15,380 nucleotides of DNA from positions 1 to 15,380 of the forward strand of contig JAYSWN010000029.1 in assembly GCA_043718025.1 (NCBI GenBank). Direction: 5' to 3'. Both the position numbers and the translations under genes were made by a program. Under the pieces are notes generated by a model. It was not told where the DNA came from and did not search any database. It saw nothing but the letters and a program-made list of their open reading frames with translations. This DNA comes from Pseudomonadota bacterium. Its GTDB lineage: Bacteria; Bdellovibrionota; FAC87; UBA2466. This document shows positions 8,236-15,380 of this stretch, piece by piece; position 1 is the stretch's first letter; each line of letters begins with the position of its first letter.

Positions 8236-10614
8236 ATGACCCAGGTCATCCGCATCGCAAATCGTTTACTTTCTGTTTCGTTAACCCTTCTGGTTGCCGC
8301 GGCGTGCTCGAAAACACCATCGGCGTCACGCGACAGCAAAGAGCTGGCCACTCTGCAACAGTCCTCTTTTGATCCGGCTAGCCAGGCGCCCCAAGTGGCG
8401 TTTAGCATTGCCAACTCCACCGGTGACGGCGGCGTGATTCCTGGCTCGAGCACCGGTTCCACTTCGAGCGATGGGGGCGGAATCATTCCGGGCGGCGGCA
8501 GCAGCATTTCGGGTACGAGCACCGCCACCACTTCTACGACGGGCAGCACGACGGCCATTACCGGAGCTACCAGCGGTGGCGTGATTGGCGGCACAACGAC
8601 CGGAGCAACGAGTTCAAGTACGACCGCAAACTCAGGTTCCACTTCGACCACCTCTACCGGAATTGCCGGCACGACGACGGCAACGAGTAGCAGTTCGGGA
8701 GCCACCGGTGACACCAATAGTATTGCCGGTACCACCACGGCTTCAACCGGCGGCGACGGCGGCGGCGTAATTACCGGCGGTAGTAGCAGTGTTTCGGGCA
8801 GCACTGGATCGACCAGCGTCATTGGCGGCACGACTACCGCGACGACTTCTACGACCTCGACCAGCGGCGCGGTCACTGGCACCTCTTCTTCGGTAAGCGG
8901 AAGTTCGACCGCCTCCTCGGCAACCAGCTCTACCGCAATTGCGGGCACGACGACGGCAACGAGTAGCAGCTCGGGAGCCACGGGCGATACCAATAGTATT
9001 GCCGGTACCACCACGGCTTCGACCAGCGGCGACGGCGGCAGTTTGACCTCGGGCAGTAGCAGCAGCGTTTCGGGCAGTACTGGATCGACAACGGTAATCG
9101 GCGGCACCACCACCACTTCTTCAAGCACCGGATCAGTAACCGGCAGCACTTCAAGTACCGCGGGGAGCAGCACCGGAAGTAGCACCGGGATTGCAGGAAC
9201 TACGACGGCGAGCTCCGGCAGTTCAGCCACCTCTTCGAGCAATGGAACAACGGGTGACGGCGGAACTATTCCCGGCACTCCCAGCGGAAGCGGCACCGGT
9301 GATGGCGGCACCACTCCGGGTACGCCGGGCGGAATTGCCGGCGGCACTCCGGGCGGATCAGGAACTGGTACGGGTGCACCGAGTGGAGCCCCGGCGGGAT
9401 CTCCAGGCGGAATTGCCGGCGGCACACCGGGCGGATCAGGCACTGGCGCAGGCGCAGGCGCGCCGAGTGGAGCCCCGGCGGGATCTCCGGGCGGAATTGC
9501 GGGCGGCACTCCAGGTGGATCAGGCACCGGCGCAGGCGCGCCTTCGGGCAATGGCTGCTCGGGCTGCAATTGCGATCAAGGGATTGCGGTGCGTTTGGAT
9601 CGTGTCTGCTCCGTGATGCGTAGCAAAGATAAAAATTTTATCTTTTTCGAAGACGCCAAATATCCGGTGTTGTCGATCGAAGCCCAGCTGCCGGCCAAAA
9701 CCCAGAACCCGTACTTGGCGAGCCTGGGTTGGGCCAAACCGCAGACCGTGGCTGGCAAATTAGTTTTGCTTGAGGCCGTAAGCCTAACTGGCGTGAACTT
9801 GATTGCGAAAAAGTTTGAAACCAAGGTCTATCTCCATAAGGCCATGGAAAAGCTCAAAAAAGAGTACCCACGGGATTGGAAAAACTCTTTGGTTCAGTTG
9901 CGGGTTTGCGACGATACCAATCGCGACAATATGTGCAGCAACGAAGATGCACGGCACACCTTGTCGATAAGCACGATGACCTTGAAACCCACGGCGCTGC
10001 CGAAATCAGTGCGCCTTGAAGTGTGGAGCGGACGCTTCCTCACCCTGGCGGCAAATCCGAATAAGTGCGAACAACAATATAGTCCGTTAGTGCTCGATTT
10101 AAGCGGCGGCGGGTTCCAGTTCTCATCGGCAGAAAATGGCGTGTGGTTTGACCTGGACGACAGCGGCGAAACGGTTCGTACCGCATGGATGGCGGGTAGC
10201 TCAAACGCCTTATTGTGCCGAGATCGAAATGCAAACGGTCAAATCGATTCGGGGGCCGAACTTTTCGGTACGGCGACGCGGTTGATTAACGGCAAGCGTG
10301 CCGCAAACGGCTTCGAGGCGTTGGTTGAGTACGATACCAACGGCGATAATCTAATCACGCCGTCCGACTCAATCTGGAAAGAGCTACGACTATGGATTGA
10401 TTCGAATCACGACGGCATTTCTGATCGACGTGAACTCTACCCGTTACATAAAGGTAACTTACGTAGCATCAATCTGAATTACGTAGCGATGGATGAAACG
10501 GACGCCAACGGCAACACCACTAAATACCGTTCGACCTACAATAGAATGGTGGATGGCATTGCGACCCCGTTACAGATCATCGATGTTTGGTTCAACACTC
10601 TGATTGCAAATTAG
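8236..10614 (+). CDS. Surface lipoprotein with Ser/Thr/Gly-rich stalk, Cys-rich middle domain and C-terminal Ca-binding (FrpC self-processing-module-like) domain
   Basis: ATG 8236 follows GGGGAAAGG. Lipobox VAAA-C (codon 8305-8307). About 380 aa of low-complexity S/T/G/P sequence. C-terminal SPLVLDL...FDLDDSG...DRNANGQIDSGAELFG...NGFEALVEYDTNGD...LWIDSNHDGISD..EL...DVWF. Confidence 0.8.
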   Translation: MTQVIRIANRLLSVSLTLLVAAACSKTPSASRDSKELATLQQSSFDPASQAPQVAFSIANSTGDGGVIPGSSTGSTSSDGGGIIPGGGSSISGTSTATTSTTGSTTAITGATSGGVIGGTTTGATSSSTTANSGSTSTTSTGIAGTTTATSSSSGATGDTNSIAGTTTASTGGDGGGVITGGSSSVSGSTGSTSVIGGTTTATTSTTSTSGAVTGTSSSVSGSSTASSATSSTAIAGTTTATSSSSGATGDTNSIAGTTTASTSGDGGSLTSGSSSSVSGSTGSTTVIGGTTTTSSSTGSVTGSTSSTAGSSTGSSTGIAGTTTASSGSSATSSSNGTTGDGGTIPGTPSGSGTGDGGTTPGTPGGIAGGTPGGSGTGTGAPSGAPAGSPGGIAGGTPGGSGTGAGAGAPSGAPAGSPGGIAGGTPGGSGTGAGAPSGNGCSGCNCDQGIAVRLDRVCSVMRSKDKNFIFFEDAKYPVLSIEAQLPAKTQNPYLASLGWAKPQTVAGKLVLLEAVSLTGVNLIAKKFETKVYLHKAMEKLKKEYPRDWKNSLVQLRVCDDTNRDNMCSNEDARHTLSISTMTLKPTALPKSVRLEVWSGRFLTLAANPNKCEQQYSPLVLDLSGGGFQFSSAENGVWFDLDDSGETVRTAWMAGSSNALLCRDRNANGQIDSGAELFGTATRLINGKRAANGFEALVEYDTNGDNLITPSDSIWKELRLWIDSNHDGISDRRELYPLHKGNLRSINLNYVAMDETDANGNTTKYRSTYNRMVDGIATPLQIIDVWFNTLIAN
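8652..9117 (+). repeat. Two-copy intragenic direct repeat (~185 bp, 276-bp offset)
   Basis: IAGTTTATSSSSGATGDTNSIAGTTTAST(G/S)GDGG...SVSGSTGST(S/T)VIGGTT is encoded twice. AATTGC(C/G)GGCACGACGACGGCAACGAGTAG starts at 8661 and 8937. The copies differ mostly at third codon positions. Confidence 0.9.
9325..9549 (+). repeat. Three tandem intragenic repeats encoding PGGIAGGTPGGSGTG(T/A)GAPSG(APAGS)
   Basis: Units at 9325-9402 (78 bp), 9403-9486 (84 bp) and 9487-9549 (partial). All lengths are multiples of 3. Confidence 0.9.
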
Positions 10615-10662
10615 ATAGTTTCCGTAGAGGGCTTCATGCCCTCATTCAGTCCGCGAATGAAC

Positions 10663-10713
10663 CACCCTTTGGGGTGTTGGCTCTTGGTGAGTCAATGCCC
10701 CAAAGGTGTTTTT
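10663..10713 (+). terminator. Intrinsic terminator-like long hairpin after the stalk lipoprotein gene (part of a larger structured element)
   Basis: CCTTTGGGGTGTTGGCTC (10666-10683), loop TTGGT, GAGTCAATGCCCCAAAGG (10689-10706). This gives 18 contiguous pairs, including 3 G-U pairs that work only on the + strand. TTTTT follows at 10709-10713. Confidence 0.65.
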
Positions 10714-10871
10714 AGAGCCCTCATTTCCCGCCCTACTCTCCTGTTACCGTCAAAATGATACATAATGGTACTTATGCGACGTAATAATAGTTAATGCAAT
10801 ATTAGCTAGTTGTTTAATAACGGACCAACGCAACCTCGGTTTGGGACAAACAGACGCAATCTAGGCAAATT

Positions 10872-11864
10872 TTACGCGGCAGATCGCTTTTTCTGAGCGG
10901 CACTGTGGCGAAGTTGCTCTTCAATCCACTGGTAGGTTTCGCGCAAGCCTTCTTCCAATCGTTCTACTGGCTTCCACTTCAATTGCTTCTTAATGACCTT
11001 GCTATCTGACGTCCGTCCGCGCACGCCGACTGGCCCGGCAATATTCTTGATCTTGATTTTTTTACCGGCAATTTTGGCTACGAGTTTGGTCATCTCATTC
11101 ATACTGACCATCTCTTCAGAGCCAATGTTTACCGGCCCCGTAAAATCACTATTAACCAACCGCCGAATGCCTTCCAAACATTCTGGTACGTACAAAAAGG
11201 TACGGGTTTGTTTACCGTCACCCCAAATTTCCACTTGGCCGCCTTCGGCCACCACGGCAACTTTTCGGCATATTGCCGCCGGCGCTTTTTCACGACCGCC
11301 TTGCCAAGTACAATCGGGGCCAAAAATATTGTGGAATCGAGCTATGCGAACCGGCAGTCCAAAATTGCGCTGGTACGCCAAATAAAGGCGCTCGCTAAAT
11401 AGTTTTTCCCACCCGTATTCGCTGTCGGGCGCGGCGGGATAGGCCGAGTCTTCGGTGCACTTGGGATTTTTAGGGTCCGTTTGATTGCGTTCGGGATAAA
11501 TGCAGGCGGACGAAGAATAAAATATTTTTTTGACTCGCTGTTCCTTAAATAACTCGACCAAATTCAGGTTAATTAACCCCGAATTACGCATCACATTGGC
11601 GTCATTTTCACCGGTGAAAATGTATCCGGCGCCGCCCATTTCGGCGGCCAGCTGATACACCTCATCGTACTTAACGCGCATAATCTTTTTGCAAAAATCT
11701 TGGTCGCGCAAATCGCCCATAAAAAATTCGTCGGCGGCCGATTTAGCGTATTCAGGAAATTTAATATCGGCGCCAAAGACCTCGTAACCTTCGTCCTTAA
11801 GTCGACGAACTAGATGTGATCCAATGAAACCACCGGCGCCGCAAACCAAGGCTGTTTTTCTCAT
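10872..11864 (-). CDS. NAD-dependent epimerase, GDP-mannose 3,5-epimerase (GME)-like extended SDR
   Basis: Motifs GAGGFIG, AAEMGGAGYI, SSACIYP (catalytic Cys), YGWEK (YxxxK), RFHNIFGP, GGREKAPAAICRK (catalytic Lys) and WGDGKQTRTF. Confidence 0.88.
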   Translation of the reverse strand: MRKTALVCGAGGFIGSHLVRRLKDEGYEVFGADIKFPEYAKSAADEFFMGDLRDQDFCKKIMRVKYDEVYQLAAEMGGAGYIFTGENDANVMRNSGLINLNLVELFKEQRVKKIFYSSSACIYPERNQTDPKNPKCTEDSAYPAAPDSEYGWEKLFSERLYLAYQRNFGLPVRIARFHNIFGPDCTWQGGREKAPAAICRKVAVVAEGGQVEIWGDGKQTRTFLYVPECLEGIRRLVNSDFTGPVNIGSEEMVSMNEMTKLVAKIAGKKIKIKNIAGPVGVRGRTSDSKVIKKQLKWKPVERLEEGLRETYQWIEEQLRHSAAQKKRSAA

Positions 11865-12009
11865 ATCTTGAGATTATCTCATGAGAATGAAAGCGATTGA
11901 AGGGCGGCCGTAAAACGCAACGCGCAAAAACCCAAATAAATAGTCTTTTAGTTACCGACGTCAAAGACCGATAGTTCATAAATAGACTAGTTACGCACAA
12001 AGGAAAAAA

Positions 12010-12825
12010 ATGAACCGTCTCAACGTTGCGAACCAGAACGCCTCTGTAGAACTTAAACTTGAGCCAACCGTCCTTTCTTTGGTGCCGCCGCTTTCTGAGC
12101 CCCCCCCAATCGCATTGGCCGAAGTTGAACGAGACGACCGTTCGTCTCAGGAACTGAAATTGATCTCTTGGCCAGGAATGGCCTTAATTTGCTGGCTTAT
12201 GTCCGCCCTAGTGGGCATGACCGGGTTCTCGGGCTGGTTGGCCGGGCCACGGGCCTTCGCCAGTTTTGGCGGTAAATTTATTCCCATTGCCCATAGTGAG
12301 GCCACCTTTTTTATGATCATGGGCTTTACCCTGGTCTTTTATGTCTACGGAACCACCAGAAAGTTAACCAAGCCTCTGGCCGCCGCGTCCATGATAACGA
12401 CTTCTCTTTTTTGTCTGCTTAAGTTGGTTGAGTTTTTGGGTGATGCCGAATTCGGTATTGAAAGTATTTTTAATCTTCAGCTCAACTCATTTCTTTCCTT
12501 CGTGGCAGGAACGATGTCGCCGGTCTCCGCTCTGACTTTTCTCTGCATGTGCCTGTCGCTTTTTCTGCTGGTCATCGTCTCCGATCAACGCAAGCGCACG
12601 GTCTTGATTGCCACTGCTCTCACCAGTGTTTCGATTGTAGCTACGGTCGGCATTATTATGGGTTACGTTACCGGAAGCCCTCTGATGTATAGCGGAACCA
12701 TTATTCCGATGTCGTTGCCGGCGGCGATTGCCTTTTTGTTGCTCGAAGCTGGTACCCTGATCGCAATCGGACCAGCCTACGCACCACTTCAACTCATCCT
12801 GGGCCGATTCAAGAAGTTGGCCTAA
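12010..12825 (+). CDS. Integral membrane protein (~6 TM), resembles the membrane sensor module of signalling proteins; no output domain
   Basis: RBS AAGGA. About 50 aa of hydrophilic N-terminus, then six hydrophobic helices with recurring IPIAHSEATFF / GTMSPVSALTF / IPMSLPAAIAF segments. Confidence 0.65.
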   Translation: MNRLNVANQNASVELKLEPTVLSLVPPLSEPPPIALAEVERDDRSSQELKLISWPGMALICWLMSALVGMTGFSGWLAGPRAFASFGGKFIPIAHSEATFFMIMGFTLVFYVYGTTRKLTKPLAAASMITTSLFCLLKLVEFLGDAEFGIESIFNLQLNSFLSFVAGTMSPVSALTFLCMCLSLFLLVIVSDQRKRTVLIATALTSVSIVATVGIIMGYVTGSPLMYSGTIIPMSLPAAIAFLLLEAGTLIAIGPAYAPLQLILGRFKKLA

Positions 12826-12830
12826 AAAAT

Positions 12831-13628
12831 TCAGTGCGGACCTCTAGGGGCATACTTTTCAACGAAGGCGCGGGCCGAAAGGCCTAGAACCGAACACTCC
12901 GCGCAGTCTAGTTCAGCGGAACTTCGCCACACTTCAAAGCCATACTTGTCGCGGTATACCCCAGTTAGCTCCGACAAACTCGTCCATAAAATGACATCCA
13001 GATCTTCGGGCACCGGCCTCCCGTAAACGGCAGTTATGCGCACCGCCATAGCTTCAAACAAATGCCTCAGCCCCCTATTTTCTTTTTCGTGCGTCGCCAA
13101 CCGCGCCAGCTCGACCACTCGCCGGGGCGACCCTTGCCGTGATCTAAAATCCTGCACGGGAAATTGAAGTTCAATCGGCAGCGGCACCCCTTGATTACCC
13201 TCAATCAACATCCCCATGCCCCTGGCTTCATCCTGGGCCCCTCGCAAAACAAAATAGCGGGTTTGACTGGCCACCACCTTTTTCTGGCGCGAAAAGACCA
13301 GATCGGGCAGGCCAGGCCGAGTTTCATTGAACCGGCGATTGGCTAAACTCAAGGCCTCCAATAGGCGGAAATTCAATTCGGTAAGCTCTGACGACTGACA
13401 CTCGTATTCATAAATGGATCGGCCGGCCTGCGTAGTGTGATGGGCTTTTTGCTGCGCTCCCTCGAGCCGATCGGCAATGGCAGGACCGTATCCGGCCAGA
13501 CTAACTGCGCAACGCTGATGGTCGGGTACCAACGGCGGTAAAGGCGAATTGGCTTCACCGAATAACGGGCTGGCGCTAACCCAGATGAGATAAATAAAAA
13601 CGAAAAAAGCCAACCCCTTCCTCTCCAA
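12831..13628 (-). CDS. Signal-peptide-bearing protein with GNAT (FeeM/LuxI-like acyltransferase) fold signature
   Basis: The preferred start is TTG 13628, 8 nt after GGAGG, giving MERKGLAFFVFIYLIWVSASPLFG. GTG 13670 is an alternative. Motifs RYFVL..GMGMLI..LPIELQFP..RVVELARLA..YRDKYGF. Confidence 0.5.
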   Translation of the reverse strand: MERKGLAFFVFIYLIWVSASPLFGEANSPLPPLVPDHQRCAVSLAGYGPAIADRLEGAQQKAHHTTQAGRSIYEYECQSSELTELNFRLLEALSLANRRFNETRPGLPDLVFSRQKKVVASQTRYFVLRGAQDEARGMGMLIEGNQGVPLPIELQFPVQDFRSRQGSPRRVVELARLATHEKENRGLRHLFEAMAVRITAVYGRPVPEDLDVILWTSLSELTGVYRDKYGFEVWRSSAELDCAECSVLGLSARAFVEKYAPRGPH

Positions 13629-13708
13629 TGCTTGCCCCTCCCGAGAACCCAACGAATTGATACTTTTCACTAACGAGCAAGATTTACAATGAAGAGTTGC
13701 GCTCCGGG

Positions 13709-14143
13709 TTAAGTAATTTGGATAGTTCGGCCAATATCGCCAGCCTGCCAGGTAACCAGTGCGTCGAATTTAAACAGACCGGGCAGGATTTTCTCTGGCC
13801 ATTCGATAAAAACGAAGCCTTTTTTTTCTTTCGCAAGCTCCACGGCCTCGAATACGCCCAATTCATGCAGCGTGGGTTCACCAATGTTTTCTAAACGGTA
13901 TAAATCAAAGTGATCCACCGGTGGGGTTAGTTCCGGATAAGGCTGCCGAAAAACAAAACTCGGGCTCAATACGCGCGGGGTTTGCTCACCAGACAATTCA
14001 CAAAGATGGCCGATAAACGAACGCACAAAGGTAGTCTTGCCGGCGCCAAGCCCGCCACTTAGCCCCACCACGGCCCCGTTCGGAAACCTCTTTAAAAGCT
14101 CCACCGCTAAGCGCGGCCATTGCGTTTCATCTTTGATAAGCAT
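13709..14143 (-). CDS. tsaE: tRNA threonylcarbamoyladenosine biosynthesis ATPase TsaE
   Basis: Walker A GGLGAGKTT, plus SPSF, HFDLYRL and IEWPE. Lies directly downstream of nnr, the conserved yjeF-yjeE order. Confidence 0.95.
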   Translation of the reverse strand: MLIKDETQWPRLAVELLKRFPNGAVVGLSGGLGAGKTTFVRSFIGHLCELSGEQTPRVLSPSFVFRQPYPELTPPVDHFDLYRLENIGEPTLHELGVFEAVELAKEKKGFVFIEWPEKILPGLFKFDALVTWQAGDIGRTIQIT

Positions 14144-14155
14144 CGTTTAAAAACC

Positions 14156-15379
14156 TTAAGCCAAGTCTTTTAGCATCAAGGAAAGCGTTTTGGCGAGATT
14201 ACTACTGGTCATGGTCCGGGGATCTTCGCCGCGGGCTTCGAGATAGCTGGCCGCCCGACCGTGCAGCCAGGCGGCAACCGCCAGGGCTTGAATTGCCGGA
14301 ACTTTGGCCGCGATTAGGGCGGCAATAATTCCGGTCAGTAGATCTCCCGATCCGCCTTTGGCCAGAGCGCTGGTGCCCTCATTCACAACCAGTATTTTAT
14401 TGTCCAGGGGTGAGGCGATCAAAGTGCCCCGCCCTTTTAGCAACACCGGGCAGGCAAGTTTCTTAGCGAGTAAAACCACGCTGCTAAAACGATCGGCCTC
14501 AATCGCCACCACGTTGCTACCCAATATTCGGCTGGCCTCTTTGGGATGGGGCGTGGCTACCGATTGGCCTACGCTTATACTCAAACCTTCGCTCGCCATC
14601 AGATTAAGGGCGTCGGCATCCAACACTTTATCTGACGAAGAGAGTAGGGCCGTGCGTAAAAGGGATTTGGCTCGCGCCCCCTGCCCCAATCCGGGTCCCA
14701 CTACCAGCGTACGTTTTTTGTCTTTTTGAAAAGAGGCGTCGGTGAGTTCTTCAAGCATCAGCTCGGCGGGAAGCCATTCGCGTAGAGTGGCAAAGGCGGT
14801 CTTTTCGGCCGCAATCGTCACCATGCCCGCACCGGTGTAGAGCGCCCCCAAAGCACTCAGCGCACAAGCGCCGAGCGTCTGCTCATCTCCGGCCACCACC
14901 AGCACATGGCCAAAATCGCCCTTGTGGCCCGAAGCCCGGCGCTTAGGCAGTGCGGCGATGGTGTCAGCCTCTTCCCATAAAAAAACCTGCGGTGAAATGC
15001 CAGGAATTTCGCGCGGAATTTGAATCTCGGCCACGCTAAGCTTGCCCACAAAATCGGCGGCTTGGCCGGTTACCAGACCTCGTTTCAAAAAGCCAAAGCT
15101 GATAGTTTCGGCAGCGCCAACCACCGGGCCCCAAGCGTTGCCAGTATCCGCGTTTAGTCCCGATGGAATATCGGCGCACACTACGTAGCTCTTTCGCGCG
15201 TTTATCCATTCGATGGCCGTCGCAAACTCGCCTTCGACCTGGCGATTCAAACCGATTCCAAAAATGCCGTCGAGTACCCACGATGCCTGGCAAACCGCCG
15301 GCAACGTGGTGGCAATCAAAATTCCCATGGCCTTCAAAACCGCGAGTTGGGCCTTAGTTTCAGCGGTGGCTGGTACACT
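14156..15379 (-). CDS. nnr: Bifunctional NAD(P)H-hydrate epimerase/dehydratase (5' partial)
   Basis: Epimerase motifs LDGIFGIG and DIPSG. Dehydratase motifs HKGDFG, GAGMV, GPGLG, DADAL, TPHPKEA, LKG and GGSGDLLTG. The frame stays open to the window end, so the true start is outside. Confidence 0.95.
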   Translation of the reverse strand, partial: SVPATAETKAQLAVLKAMGILIATTLPAVCQASWVLDGIFGIGLNRQVEGEFATAIEWINARKSYVVCADIPSGLNADTGNAWGPVVGAAETISFGFLKRGLVTGQAADFVGKLSVAEIQIPREIPGISPQVFLWEEADTIAALPKRRASGHKGDFGHVLVVAGDEQTLGACALSALGALYTGAGMVTIAAEKTAFATLREWLPAELMLEELTDASFQKDKKRTLVVGPGLGQGARAKSLLRTALLSSSDKVLDADALNLMASEGLSISVGQSVATPHPKEASRILGSNVVAIEADRFSSVVLLAKKLACPVLLKGRGTLIASPLDNKILVVNEGTSALAKGGSGDLLTGIIAALIAAKVPAIQALAVAAWLHGRAASYLEARGEDPRTMTSSNLAKTLSLMLKDLA

Positions 15380-15380
15380 G

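Noticed and set aside
9325..9549. Regularly spaced repeats as a possible CRISPR array
   Set aside because: They are in-frame coding repeats with no unique spacers and no cas genes.
8205..9569. 454-aa antisense ORF rich in Pro/Val
   Set aside because: Shadow of the low-complexity S/T/G coding region, whose codons give no stops on the opposite strand. The + strand ORF has an RBS, a lipobox and recognisable domains.
10627..10722. Retron msr-msd-like layout (terminal inverted repeat enclosing hairpins)
   Set aside because: No reverse transcriptase in the window. G-U pairs in the long stem point to an RNA hairpin on the + strand rather than an msDNA stem.
10750..10820. AT-rich stretch with weak minus-strand TTGCAT-N17-CATAAG promoter-like match
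   Set aside because: A poor consensus match that is expected in AT-rich DNA. It cannot be supported without transcript data.
7064..11907. Identical 11-mer TTGAAGGGCGG at 7064-7074 and 11897-11907
   Set aside because: An 11-mer match is plausible by chance, and the positions relative to the start codons differ.
13709..14143. TsaE motif variants (SPSF for SPTF, GGLGAGKT)
   Set aside because: Conservative changes with all key motifs retained. Not evidence of a new function.

Overview
A 15.4-kb, roughly 50% GC bacterial chromosomal segment. Its gene content suggests a Bdellovibrionota/Myxococcota-like organism; this is an inference. Left: a tightly coupled + strand run containing the 3' end of an M36/M4-like metallopeptidase with a Cys-TM-basic C-terminal tail, an exported putative beta-barrel protein, queF and pgsA. 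Centre: a divergent four-gene cell-surface cluster. On the - strand are a PilZ protein and a 1358-aa exported TPR protein that looks like gliding-motility GltD/AgmU with an extra GltE/AglT-like C-terminal TPR block. On the + strand are a MIDAS/VWA lipoprotein and a lipoprotein with a long Ser/Thr/Gly stalk ending in a Ca-binding domain resembling the FrpC self-processing module, but with Ser-Pro instead of Asp-Pro. A highly structured ~100-nt non-coding element follows and shares sequence with the TPR gene leader. Right: a GDP-mannose 3,5-epimerase-like gene, a stand-alone 6-TM sensor-like protein, a signal-peptide-bearing GNAT/FeeM-like protein, tsaE and partial nnr. No tRNA, rRNA, CRISPR array or mobile element was seen. 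All family assignments are from motif recognition by eye, not from database searches.
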